Shown here: positions 24,371-36,908 of the stretch, one piece after another | Layout: every line of letters begins with the position of its first letter | How positions within the stretch are numbered: position 1 is the first letter of the stretch | Assembly: GCA_030141605.1 (NCBI GenBank) | Contig: JAQGDQ010000686.1 | Location: 33,852-97,851 of the forward strand | Source of the DNA: Tubiluchus corallicola | Taxonomy: Eukaryota; Animalia; Priapulida | Reading direction: 5' to 3' | Length of the DNA stretch: 64,000 nt | The notes under the pieces: generated by a model | The model's input: the letters and a program-made list of their open reading frames with translations, nothing else | Database searches by the model: none | What the model was told of the DNA's origin: nothing | Made by a program: the position numbers and the translations under genes

Positions 24371-24489
24371 TTTTAGAGGAATGTCGCCAGCATGCAGCTT
24401 GAGAATGACATGAGCATGAGGATCTACTATTAAACTGTAAACTGAAAATTCGCTGATGTTTTCCGCAAATAATATATCAATATCTGCAC
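24371..24489 (-). CDS. PKD1-like exon (GAIN region)
   Basis: Acceptor ttttag, donor gtaagt, 119 nt, phase 1-0. Encodes ADIDILFAENISEFSVYSLIVDPHAHVILKLHAGDIPLK and is in phase with both neighbours. Confidence 0.72.
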
Positions 24490-24619
24490 CTAAAACAAGA
24501 TTTGAAAAATGAACACAAGCACAGCAAGTACCACACCTGATCTTATGAACGTATCAGAACAAGCAAATTTGTAAAAATTAGAAAAAAATGTTTAATGCAA
24601 TAAGACCTTTTTAAAATAC

Positions 24620-24776
24620 CTGATATGTGCAAAAAGTATTCCAAGGGGTCTGTTAATTGTATATTATCGGAGGCTTGTTGATTTTCATGTTCACTAATAG
24701 ATAGGCTGATTACAGGAGTGGTGACCAAACTTGAAGTGTTACCCCACACGTATGGATTCTCCTTCATATAGTATGT
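24620..24776 (-). CDS. PKD1-like exon (GAIN region, NPY/F-W motif)
   Basis: Acceptor tttcag, donor gtattt, 157 nt, phase 0-1. Encodes TYYMKENPYVWGNTSSLVTTPVISLSI...LTDPLEYFL, matching the NP(F/Y)xW...V.S.V.SL...L..PI.I pattern of polycystin GAIN regions. Confidence 0.8.
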
Positions 24777-24972
24777 CTGAAAAATAATTACTTGGTTTCA
24801 ACTGGAGGTACACAGATTAAGACACATAGATCCGCTAAGCACTGAAATAACGATGTCAGTAGTATCTGTTTGACACATTAAAGAGTTTTAAAGTTCACGC
24901 CATTCCAGTATCATATCAGTACACAAATAATCTCAAAGTACTAATTTAAATTCAGAAAATGTGTGAAATAAC

Positions 24973-25064
24973 CTTTAGAGAAAACACTTCATCGTGGTCA
25001 GTCACTAGTGCTTGTGCTGAAGGCAAGTTGAAGTGGTCCGTATCCGTCATCGGTATATCCGAAT
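24973..25064 (-). CDS. PKD1-like exon (GAIN region, FxLP motif)
   Basis: Acceptor ctttag, donor gttatt, 92 nt, phase 1-0. Encodes SDIPMTDTDHFNLPSAQALVTDHDEVFSLK. Confidence 0.62.
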
Positions 25065-25799
25065 CTAAAGTACAAACAATACATACAATACAATTCCTCC
25101 AAACTACTAAGTTACTACTAAGTGGACAATTGACTTATTTGCCTAGGTATCTTGACAATATTTACAGATTGTCCAGCTATGTCATTAATTTTTGTTTCTT
25201 TTGCCTTACATTTCCACATGTGTGTATATAATTAACCTGTTTATAAAGATATTGAATCTCTCATTTTAAAGCCTTATGCTGGGAGCATCTTTTGTCAACT
25301 GCGTTTCAGTGATAAAAGCAAATGTACCACGGGTCACATCTACTAAGCACGACTTAAACTCTTTCTGATATTCTGCCGTGATTTTGTGGAATAAAGTGCC
25401 ATACTTCATACGCAATCCTTCTAGTTATGGTATGTTTCAAAAGATGATAAACTAGTAGAAAGATGACGAATGTAAATGCATTGAATGTCACACAAGACCT
25501 TCGAAATGTGATCTTAACTCGATTAGTTATAGGCATCCATTATGTTGATGTTAGTATTTAAGTTAACATTGTGTATATGATTTTAATGTCTGCTAGAGTC
25601 AAAAGTGTTTCATTATAGTTGCAAAACTGTGGAATCTTTTTACCACTTAAGCACTATTTTGTATCAGTAGATTAGCTTTCTAATATGAGTCGGCTTAATA
25701 GCTCATGAAGTTAGATTTGATTTGATTTGAGTGAAAGAATCGTCCATTTCAGTTTCACAGTTCATCATTTGACGGCACTGGCTATCAGTATTAATTTAT

Positions 25800-26180
25800 T
25801 TACTGGATGTTGCTGAACAGCCACACAGATTTTTTTGCTCTTGGATTCACCAGCTGTGGCATTAATCCAATCATTAAGCCGACAGTAAAATAGCTTTCAA
25901 ATATTTTTTATTATTATTCTATAACAATGTTAACTGAGCACACAAGTGAGCAACATTTGTGAAGTGGAACACAACACTGAGCAACGAGATTGAAATAAAG
26001 CACGCAACAAAATAACATTCTTGAAGTGGAAACCACAAAAGACCGGCAATAGCAGAACATGCAATTTAGCAACATTTTCAAATGTGAGCAACGTTTTCAC
26101 CTAATGTCCAGCACAATTTTCTAATACAACTGAACTAGATACTTAGAATCAAGCACACAACTTAAGCAACGTACTCAAAC
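25800..26180 (+). pseudogene. Relic of GPCR TM7 and 3' flank
   Basis: cttggattcaccagctgtggcattaatccaatcatt reads LGFTSCGINPII, followed by the family's degenerate gagcacacaa 3' repeats. Confidence 0.6.
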
Positions 26181-26657
26181 AGAGAAACTGGATGCTTTGG
26201 ATGATTGGAAACTGGATCTGATTAACGACAAACCATGACTCCCATCAACTTTTAACGTCAAGTTTCTGAATAAAATCTAGCCTCATTAATATGCCTCAAT
26301 TCTCTCTGATTTTGCTGCCTTTGAAACAAACAATTAAGATGATAAAGACCCAGATTTATATTACCCGCAAATGACTCAGCCCTATCCTGTGACCACAAAA
26401 TTTTACGTTTCTTCACATCTAGATGTGTATGTCTACACAAATGATCTCATTAGTGCAATAAAAACAGGCATTATTAACTACAAAGTTGCAGACCATTTAC
26501 CTATATTTGCACTTACAAAGTACCTTAATCCATATAAAAGCTAGCATTTAGCTATCAAATGCTCTACTAAACATTTTAATCTTGACCTGGAACAGCAATT
26601 ACAGCATCGCATAGATTTCATCAATAATGACATTAATTCTCAGGTTTCCCAGTTTCA

Positions 26658-26659
<2 letters not shown>

Positions 26660-26697
<38 letters not shown>
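26660..26697. repeat. (TA)n microsatellite
   Basis: Seen directly in the sequence. Confidence 0.95.
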
Positions 26698-26699
<2 letters not shown>

Positions 26700-26937
26700 C
26701 AATACTGAACAAACAGGCTCCTCTAAAGAAACTATCCAGATAGGAAACCGATACCCTTTATAAGCCATGGATCACACCGGCAATTTTTAAATCCATAAAA
26801 ACAAGAAGCTGCATGTACAATTCATATAAACTTTCAAACTCAATATTAAAACAAACACAGTATAAGAAATTCGCTAATACACTAAACCACATCAAGGAAA
26901 AGTCCAAAAAAAGGATAACATAGAAAAATCTTTCTCA

Positions 26938-27543
26938 AAAATAAAAACAGTGCAAAAATACATGGAACTTAGTTAACAATAAAAACAGTGCAAAAATACA
27001 TGGAAGTTAGTTAACAATAAAAACAGTGCAAAAAATACATGGAACTTAGTTAACAATAAAAACAGTGCAAAAATACTGGAACTTAGTTAACAATAAAAAC
27101 AGGCAAAAAATGGAACTTAGAACAAAAAAACAGTGCAAAAATACGTGGAACTTAGTTAACAATAAAAACAGTGCAAAAATACATGGAACTTAGTTAACAA
27201 TAAAAACAGTGCAAAAAATACATGGAACTTAGTTAACAATAAAAACAGTGCAAAAATACGTGGAACTTAGTTAACAATAAAAACAGTGCAAAAATACATG
27301 GAACTTAGTTAACAATAAAAACAGTGCAAAAATACGTGGAACTTAGTTAACAATAAAAACAGTGCAAAAAATACGTGGAACTTAGTTAACAATAAAAACA
27401 GTGCAAAAATACGTGGAACTTAGTTAACAATAAAAACAGTGCAAAAATACGTGGAACTTAGTTAACAATAAAAACAGTGCAAAAATACATGGAACTTAGT
27501 TAACAATAAAAACAGTGCAAAAATACATGGAACTTAGTTAACA
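26938..27543. repeat. 38-bp minisatellite (AATAAAAACAGTGCAAAAATACATGGAACTTAGTTAAC), ~16 units, inside the LINE
   Basis: Direct tandem units with occasional A-run slippage. Confidence 0.93.
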
Positions 27544-29724
27544 GTCCAATAAACAATAAAACCACAAATCAAGTCAAACCAATAAACATAAAGCCTAAGT
27601 GCTCAATGATAACAAATCCAACTGAAACATCATCTATTATCAACAACTTCTATCAAGCAGAAGGCATAAACATGGGACGAAAAATAATCACCACAAATGT
27701 TACACCTTGTGGCTACTTGACTACTGAAAATGAAAAGTCTATTTTCTTAGACCCTATTAACGAACAAGAAGTGCCTGATTTACTCTCTCAACTAAAAACT
27801 GGTAAATCACCAGGATTCTATTGCAAAATTTCCTCTGGAATGATCTCTCCTCACTATAGCCTATTCAATAGACATTTATCACAAGGAGAATTCCCAAACA
27901 CATTAAACATTGCTAAACTAATCCCACTTTATAAAACACACTCACCATACAATCCATCTAACTATCTCCCTATATCAATATTACTTGCCCTAGCTAAACT
28001 TCTTGAAAACATTATTTATAAGTGACTTAACAAATTCGCATAAAATATTTTGTCTAAATTCCAGTTTGGATTCCAAACAACTTACTCGACAGCTATAGCT
28101 ACCACAGAAATAATAACTAACGCATCTTGATAAAAAATTGTGCACATGTGGCATATTTCTAGACTTGTCGAAGGCCATTGACACCGTCCAGCAAAGCATA
28201 CTAATAGATAAACTTGGACACTATGGTATCTGCACTATTGTCCTAAAACTATTCAATGATATTTAGCAGACCGACAACACTAAACACTTTTTAAGAACAC
28301 AACATTAAACTTAACTACAGTGATTTGTGGAATACTGCAAGGATCAACATTAGTCTCTCCACTATTTCTGTGATACATTAATGATTTACTACGTTCATAA
28401 TTTCAACAGCAGATTATTTGCGGATGATACTAACTTATTCCAAATTGACAATAATATTAAGAATTTACAAAACAATGCTAATATTAAGCTAAAGAAAGTA
28501 GAAAATTGGATGCAGGCTAGTTTATTGTCTATTAATTCTAAAACTAAATTTATGATCATAAGGCCAAACATAACTAACACACCAACTCTCTGAGCATCAT
28601 TATGGGTAATATCAAGTTACAAGAAACAAACTCTATAAAATGCATTGGGTAAAACATAGACTCAAAATTAACCTAGAAAACAACAATAACAATGATAAAT
28701 AGCAAAATATTCAAATATGTAGCAAACTTTTACAAAATGAGACATTACTTAAGCACAGAATTATTGATAATGACTTACTACACATTAGTATACCCATACT
28801 TATACTATTGCATAATTTCTTGGGGCACTGCTAATCAGAAAACTATAAAACCCCTAATAACCAGAGTAAACAAAATAATTAAATCGATTACCTTCCCCGA
28901 CTACAGAGATCATGTAATGCCATCATATGCTCAATTTCAACTATTAAAAATTCACGACATAAACAAACCAGAATTCCTTAAATTTATGTATACAGCTAGT
29001 AACCACCTGCTCCCCGAACTGTATGAAAATTACTTTAGTAAAATCAATACGTAAGCTACTAGAGCTGCAGATAGAGGAAAATCAAGAAAGATTCCACTCA
29101 AACAAGGGATTCGGAACAATCAAGCACTTAGGCACAAAATTTTGGAACTCTTTTTTTCCATGAGATTAGAATAGAACCGCCAAATCACTACGATCAATTG
29201 TTAGGCTATTTATCAACACGCATGTGCTAAGCTGATCCCTACGCCTTATTACTTTTATTATTGAAATATAATTTGATGATGAGTGTAAATAGGTAAGGTA
29301 AGGCTACTGTGTATGCCTAATTGTGAATGTGTTTGCTTGACCAAGGTAAACGTGCACAGCATGCATGCAGTCCTTCAGCTGTATTAAGTAATTGACCAGC
29401 AGGTAGCTAGGCATTTACACAATGTTTGCAGTAGGAATGTTGCTACAACACATCATGGTAATACTATTCTTTAATGCCAATAACATTTTAACAACCTCGC
29501 GTAATGAGAACGACTGTGGGAAGCAGATATAGCAGTGTTTGTGGTTCTGACTGAATTTCACTTTGCTAAATTGATTAGATTTGCCATAACTTGTCTTAGC
29601 TGTTGCTAAAATAGAAAGTCGGTGGTTTTTGTACCTTTATCTTCTGCGACTATAGCGTTTTAACCAATAGTGGCACCTCAGTTTGCATGAAGTTCTGACT
29701 TGATACACAGAACATAAACCTGAC

Positions 29725-30675
29725 ATGGATATGAATTCATCTTTGGGTGACTTTGTTGAAGTAACCTGGGACATTGTTTTGGCAAAGCCAGTAGCAATTG
29801 TGCTGCTGATGATGTTACTGGGCTCAGCTATAACTGCAGGAAATCTGTTAGTGCTGATTGCAATTTACAAAGTTCCTCGTTTGCAAACTAAAACAAATGC
29901 TCTTATAGCATCGCTTGCGGTGACTGATTTACTTGTTGGTTTATCTACACCGGCAGAAGTGGCAGCAGAGTTACATCCACCTATTAGATCAAACCAAGCA
30001 TTTGTAATCGTACAGTACACATTTGAAAATGGAATGATAAATGCAAGTATTTACCATCTATGCCTGATAGCTGCTGAAAGATACCTAGCTGTTGTTCATC
30101 CATTCAAGTATCACACCATCATGAGAAAAGAAACCATTGTTGCTGCACTTTCCATTACTTGGACATTAGCTATAATTGAGGCACCTATTTTTGTTTTGAG
30201 CATCATTTTCAAAATTCAGCTTCTGTCAACTGTTGAAGCAATTTTAACATTTTATGTACCAATGTTCACGATTCTTGTATTGTACATCTTTATTTGGAAA
30301 ACGGCACGAAGGCACGTTTTGCAGATACATGATCAAGATCACGGAAGACAGGCAAATGTGATGCAGATGAAAGCAACAAAAACTTTAGCCATTGTTACCT
30401 TTGCTTTTCTTTTATGCTGGGGTCCTTTTAATCTGTATTTTGTATCTTCTTATGAAAAGAAACATGAAGTGCTTCACGTTTTATATGGACTTGGATTAGT
30501 CAACAGTGCTCTTAATCCAATCATATATGCATTTTATAGCACTGACATTAAATTGGGCTTCAAGAAAATTTTGTTTCCACATAAATTGACTGAGAACCAT
30601 ATTAGCAGTGCACAAGTGAACAACATTCCGGAAACTGGTCACCACCCTACTATACAAAGTAATCAGATTTCTTGA
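29725..30675 (+). CDS. Class A orphan GPCR copy 6 (316 aa, most divergent)
   Basis: Intact ORF with GN, LAVTD, ERY, FYVP, CWGP, NSALNPIIY and a long C-tail. Confidence 0.92.
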   Translation: MDMNSSLGDFVEVTWDIVLAKPVAIVLLMMLLGSAITAGNLLVLIAIYKVPRLQTKTNALIASLAVTDLLVGLSTPAEVAAELHPPIRSNQAFVIVQYTFENGMINASIYHLCLIAAERYLAVVHPFKYHTIMRKETIVAALSITWTLAIIEAPIFVLSIIFKIQLLSTVEAILTFYVPMFTILVLYIFIWKTARRHVLQIHDQDHGRQANVMQMKATKTLAIVTFAFLLCWGPFNLYFVSSYEKKHEVLHVLYGLGLVNSALNPIIYAFYSTDIKLGFKKILFPHKLTENHISSAQVNNIPETGHHPTIQSNQIS

Positions 30676-31116
30676 AATTCAGCACACAAGCTAAAAACAG
30701 TTTGGAATGAACCAATCAACTATGCAACATGCTTCAAATGGAGCACACAACTGAGCAATATTTTTAAAATCAGGAAACTTTGGGACATGCTGGACTCAGG
30801 CACACTGTGACCAATGAAACAAAAGACCACAGTTGGTAGCAGTTGCATAGCATCCTGCTTCCAAAAAGACTGAAAATGATTTAACTATTAACGTAAATAG
30901 TAAGTATCTATTTACCCTAGATTTAACAGGTTTTGTCAATACAACATTTTCAAGTGCAATTTTCAAACAATAAATAGCGACTTTATGCTCATACTTATTT
31001 CTGGAATGAAACTTTCTTTTCCTGTATTTTCTTAAAGTTGTAGATTTTCTTAATCACATTTACTACATTGTTTCAGTAATAATGACTCTGCTATCATCAT
31101 CATTACAGTACTCATC

Positions 31117-31117
<1 letters not shown>

Positions 31118-31153
<36 letters not shown>
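31118..31153. repeat. (TA)n microsatellite
   Basis: Seen directly in the sequence. Confidence 0.95.
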
Positions 31154-31156
<3 letters not shown>

Positions 31157-31719
31157 CCCAAAGCACAACAACAGAAAGGCCTGCAAGACCTTAGTGTTAA
31201 ACTTAACAAAGCCTACTTAAACAATAATGAGGTAATCATCATTATTATTCAATAGAAATTATTATAATCAAAAATGCACAAACATTCCATGGAGCATAAA
31301 CTGAGTGTGCATGCATAATAATATACGTGTAGTGTGTGCCTAATTGCGAAATGTTTACACATTTGCATGTAGCACTTTAGTTGCGTCCTGTTATTGTTTA
31401 ACAAATGTGCTTGATATCTGCAAATTTTATAGGAACAAAAACATTGTGATAATCTATAGTGCACTTTAATGTAAACGGCATTATATTCCACTAAGGCAAG
31501 GTGAGAATGACCAATATCAGGTGCTTTTAACGCCGTTCTGCGATGTTGGCATGTTTAACGATCTAGCCCTCACAGAGAAAAGGTACCATAAACAGTCAAC
31601 AAAATAACAAGCATCAGTGTCATACTCTCTCTATCTCCTGTGAATGAGAGACAGTAGTGCATGTTTTCCACGCAGCTATGATGACCTTTTGCTCTTTGAA
31701 AAGTAAAAATATTGTAAAT

Positions 31720-32609
31720 ATGAATTCGACTACATTTTTGTTGGATTTTGCTGCAGCAAATACGACAGAAACTGACGATATACTTGTAATTGATTTTTCA
31801 TTGATCTTAATTATGGTGCTACTGCTCTCATTATCAGACTTGGCTATAATTACAGGAAACTTATTAGATTTGATTGCAATTTATAACATTCCTCGCTTAC
31901 ACACAAAAATGAATGTGTTCATAGCGTCGCTTGCAGTGACTGACTTACTTGTTGCCATACCTGTGTCAGCAGAAATCACTGTGATCTTCTACCCAGCTGT
32001 GAGATTAAACCACATATACACATTGATACTGTACGCATTTGAAAGTTCAATGACAAATGCAAGTATAAATCATTTATGTGTGATAGCTGGTGAAAGATAT
32101 GTGGCTGTTGTTCATCCATTCAAGTATCACAGCATAGTGAAGAAAAAGCCATTGTTGTAGCACTTTGTACTATTTGGACTGTTGCTTTAGTACAAGCACT
32201 TATTTTTTCTTTGAATAACATTTTTTCTGCACGCAGTTTATCAATTCTTTACCTTATTTCATCATTTTATTTACCTGTATTTGTGATTCTTGTACTGTAT
32301 GCCCTAATTTGGAGAACGGCAAGAAGACACGTCTTACAGATACACAGTCAAGGTCAAGAAAGCCGTCCAAATGTGATGCAAATGAAAGCAACAAAAACTT
32401 TAGCCATCGTTACCTTTGCTTTTCTGGCATGTTGGGGTCCTTTATCACTGTATGAGATGTTTTGCCATATATTATCTTATGAAACGAAATATGAAACATA
32501 CCAGATTTTATTTACCCTTGGAGTTATCAACAGTGCTGTTAATCCAATCGTGTACGCATTTTCTAGCACTGATTTTAGACTGGCTTTCAAGAACATTTTG
32601 TTTCCATAA
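31720..32609 (+). pseudogene. GPCR copy 7, single frameshift
   Basis: 1-nt deletion in an A-run at ~32143 (aagaaaaagcc versus aagaaaaaagcc in copy 14), plus V to D in TM1 (GNLLD). Confidence 0.75.
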
Positions 32610-33788
32610 TGTTCAGTTGTTGGGAATTCCTTTAATTGAGCACACAAATAAATAACATACTTAAAGTGAAGCATGCAGCTGAGTAACAAGTTAAAACAAA
32701 ACACACAAATGAACAGCATTCTTGAAATGGAGCACACAACTGAACAATGTACTTGAAATCATGCACAAAACTAAGTGACGTATCAAAATCAAACAGGTAA
32801 TAACAACTACTAAAACAAAGAAAATGGTAGTTATTATCACCTTTTAAAATTACTTACATGCGGGTTCAGAATGGCCTGGGGATTCCTTTCCCTTTTATTT
32901 TGGGCAAGCTTGCGTCTTTGCTGATACTTAAATGTTGATATATTATATTGGTTTGAACAGTGTTAAGTGCTTCTGCAGTTATATTTCTTTTATTGCAGAG
33001 TGTTTGCCTTGCACAATGCACTTTGAGCTTCGATAATTTTTCTGTCTAGCAAGTAGGGACTGATAGTTAAATTTATAATTACCAGTTTTTCGAATGTTTT
33101 TGCTTGATTTCTTGTCTTTTATGAAAACATATGCTAAATATATTGGAGGTTTTATATTCTAGCACCAACTTATCAAGAAAATGTTTGAAAAATACTAAAA
33201 ATCTAACTAGTACAGCAATTGTAAAAAAAAAATTATATTTTCAAACTCTGATAGTAGCTCATGGAAGCTGTTATTTTCCTTCGGATTTTTTCTGATGCCA
33301 AGCATAGATCTTCATCAGGAAAAGCCATCAACTGGATATAAACATAAGTTCAATGTGCTCTTTTAAAGTCCATAGCAACCACATTTTCGTACGGTTGCCA
33401 AGCATTTTTGTAGAAATGCGACAAAAACAACGGCAAACTTTAACAGCAATCTTCTCAAGATTATGTTTTTCAGGGCGCAGTGAGCATGTCAACATCAATG
33501 TGGATTAATGCATATAACATCATATTGCATTAAAGCAGTGGGGAGTTGAGCAGTACAAAGGTGCTTCTAACACCCTTTTAGCGCATCAGTGTGTTTTAAG
33601 AAGCAGCTATCACAGAGAAAAGAAACCATCAACATTTGTTAAAATAAAACAAGGCCTCGGCATCATGCTCGCTCTGTCTCCTGTGATTGGTGGCTTACAA
33701 TTTTGGCGGATTTTACCAAAGACAGTAGTGTGCTATACTTGTATGCAGCTCTGACTTTCGCTTTTCGAAAAATAAAAATACTGTGAAC

Positions 33789-34727
33789 ATGAATTCGACT
33801 TCATTTTCGGTGGATTTTGCTGCAGCAAATGCAACAGAAGCGGCCGATATTCTCGTAACTGATTTATCATTGATCGTAATTATGGTGCTGCTGCTCACAT
33901 TATCCGTCTTGGCTATAATTGCTGGAAACTTGTTAGTGTTGATTGCAATTTATAAGAATCCTCGCTTACAAACAAAAACAAATGTGTTTATAGCGTCGCT
34001 TGCAGTGACAGACTTACTTGCTGCCATATCTGTATCAACAGAAATTACCATGATGTTCAATCGCAGAGTAAGATTAAACCACGTCTCTGCATTGATACTG
34101 TACATACTTGAATTTTCAATGATGAATGCAAGTATTTACCACCTATGCCTGATAGCTGCTGAAAGATATATAGCTGTTGTTCATCCGTTCAAGTATCATA
34201 CCATAGTGAGAAAAGAAACCATTGTTGCAGCACTTTGCATAATTTGGACTTTAGCTTTAATTCAGGTACAGATTTTTGTTAATTTGAATTTGAGGAACAT
34301 TCTCAAAGGTTTTGCTACACGGAGCTCATCAATTATTTATAATATTTTAACATTTTATGTACCCGTATTTGTGATTCTTGTACTGTATGCCCTAATTTGG
34401 AAAACCGCAAGAAGACACGTCTTACAGATACACAGTCAAGGTCAAGAAAGCCGTCCAAATGTGATGCAAATGAAAGCAACAAAAACTATAGCCATTGTTA
34501 CCTTTGCTTTTCTGGCATGTTGGGGTCCTTTATCACTGTATGAGATGTTTTACCATATATTATCTTATGAAACGAAATACGAAACATACCAAATTTTATT
34601 TACCCTTGGAGTTATCAACAGTGCTGTTAATCCAATCGTGTATGCATTTTCTAGCACTGACTTTAGACAGGCATTCAAGAACATTTTGTTCCCACAATGT
34701 TCAGTTGTTGGGAATTCCTTTAATTGA
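33789..34727 (+). CDS. Class A orphan GPCR copy 8
   Basis: Intact ORF with all family motifs; long-ECL2 type. Confidence 0.92.
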   Translation: MNSTSFSVDFAAANATEAADILVTDLSLIVIMVLLLTLSVLAIIAGNLLVLIAIYKNPRLQTKTNVFIASLAVTDLLAAISVSTEITMMFNRRVRLNHVSALILYILEFSMMNASIYHLCLIAAERYIAVVHPFKYHTIVRKETIVAALCIIWTLALIQVQIFVNLNLRNILKGFATRSSSIIYNILTFYVPVFVILVLYALIWKTARRHVLQIHSQGQESRPNVMQMKATKTIAIVTFAFLACWGPLSLYEMFYHILSYETKYETYQILFTLGVINSAVNPIVYAFSSTDFRQAFKNILFPQCSVVGNSFN

Positions 34728-35030
34728 GCACACAAATAAATAACATACTTAAAGTGAAGCATGCAGCTGAGTAACAAGTTAAAACAAAACACACAAATGA
34801 ACAGCATTCTTGAAATGGAGCACACAACTGAACAATGTACTTAAAATCATGCACAAAACTAAGTGACGTATCAAAATCAAACAGGTAATAACAACTACTA
34901 AAACAAAGAAAATGGTAGTTATTATCACCTTTTAAAATTACTTACATGTGGGTTCAGAATGGCCTGGGGATTCCTTTCCCTTTTATTGTGGGCAAGCTTG
35001 CGTCTTTGCTGATACTTATATGTTGATATA

Positions 35031-35523
35031 CCGTATTTTCCCATGTATAAGAGACCCTTTTTTGCTCAGAATTTTCACTTTAAAAATAGGGGGTCTCTTA
35101 TACATGGGAGTAAGTCTTTTCAATAAGATGCATAAATTGTGACACTAATGGTTTTAAAGAAATAAGTGCTCTACAACTGTTTTATTTCGAATAATTATAG
35201 TTTCCTTTCAATAAATCTTCTCCATGGCTAAATTCTAATGATAAAATTAATGTACCGGGTAAGTTAATATTTTTTTAAATGTCTCTTTGGTATTGGAGAG
35301 AAATCGATTGTTCTGCAGCCAATCAACTCCTCTGATGATGAACTGGCTGGAATTGCTGAAGGTCTGACTCCAGTTGATATTTTTGATGAGAGTGATGAGG
35401 AATTTAATGATTCCTATGATGAATAAAGTTATTCATTACCAAAAAACTTTTTTCCAGAATTTTTGCCTAAAAATTGAAGGGGTCTCTTATACACAAGGGT
35501 CTCTTATACATGGGAAAATACGG
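35031..35523. mobile_element. Tc1/mariner-superfamily MITE
   Basis: 27-bp TIR CCGTATTTTCCCATGTATAAGAGACCC with TA duplication. The empty site is seen in the paralogous flank at ~32940. Confidence 0.9.
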
Positions 35524-36033
35524 TATTATATTGGTTTGAACAGTGTTAAGTGCTTCTGCAGTTATATTTCTTTTATTACAGAATGTTTGCTTTGCACAAT
35601 GCACTTTGAGCTTCGATAATTTTTCTGTCTAGCAAGTAGGGACTGATAGCTAAATTTATATTTACCAGTTTTTCGAATGTTGTTGCTTGAATTAATTTTC
35701 ACCTGAGTGTTTTGGAACTGGTTGTTGAAAATGGTAGGGAATACTAATCATGGCACTCATTTTCTACGCCTTTTAGGGTAAATTAAGGATGGCAACTGCG
35801 CTTGCCAAAATGCTTGTCAAATATACATAGCTGCTCGAGATTCAATAAATTTCATTTAAATCAACCATGATATCATATGTTTCCCTTGTGATATGGACAA
35901 GTCTATTGCTATTGACATAAAGTTCAGACGTCTTGCTTCAGAAAGGATCTTGTGAGTTTGAGAGGCTCTACAAACTACACAGTTAATATATGTAGCTTTG
36001 GTAATGGAAAACGAGAATGATTTCATTACATTT

Positions 36034-36230
36034 CAGTGTTGTAGTCAAGTCCTTCGGCTCAAGTGCCAAGTCCTTGTGGTTCATGTCCGAGTAGAGTCTC
36101 AAGTCACTGTGGCCCAAATCTGAGTCAAGTCTCGAGTCATTATGTCCAAGTCTGAGTCGGGTGTCAAGTCATCATGTCTACATGTGAGTCAAGTTGTAAG
36201 TCATGCTCATGTGGTCATGTTCAAGCCATC
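36034..36230. mobile_element. Old (AGTCAAGTC)n-rich transposon end, co-duplicated at ~49283, 55502, 56791, 60295
   Basis: Starts CAGTGTTGTAGTCAAGTC with repeated caagtc/gagtc motifs, as in hAT-like subterminal arrays. Confidence 0.35.
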
Positions 36231-36908
36231 CTAACCCAAGATTTAATCAATTCTTAATTTCTTGTTTAACATTAATAAACTAGGCATGTTAGTTTTGGGG
36301 TTATTTTTTTATTACTGCACTAAATTTATTGAGTAATATTGACATTCTAAATTTTGCTATCCATCAGACTGCCTGTGCAAGACAAATTATGTTTGCCGTG
36401 GTGGCATATTGAATATAATATTACATTACAACCAGTAGTACTAATTACAATCTACAAGAAGTTATTCAAATTACTTATTACACTTGGGAACACTATATCA
36501 AATACATTCTTACCTGACAAACCAAATTCTTTTATAGTCTTATTAACAAGGCACTTTAACTGAAGACCCAACTCAGTTAATAAGTGTTCAGTCGGTTAAT
36601 TGGGTCAACGGTCCCAAAGTGAGTCTATTAAGCTGTGCCTACTGTACTGAGTTTATATCAGACTATGTGCAACACAAATTATTTTACAAATGATTTTATA
36701 TTTTAAAAAACAGTTTTACAGTGGTGTTATATTGAGTATCCATAACAAAAAAGTGACATTACAACCAGTAGTACTAATTACAATCTACAAGAAGTTACTC
36801 AAATTACTTATTACACTTGGGAAGCACTATATCAAATAGGTTCTTAGCTGACAAAACCATTTTGTGGTCTTATTAACAAGGGATTTTAACTGAAGACCAC
36901 AATCCTGG

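Larger units (their letters stand above)
26430..29200 (+). mobile_element. Degraded CR1/L2-group LINE related to 5055-7900
   Basis: YTND...VADHLPIF, KPWIT, NYLPISIL, FLDLSKA, LFADDTNL and YCIISWG fragments, with many stops and frameshifts. Boundaries approximate. Confidence 0.88.
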
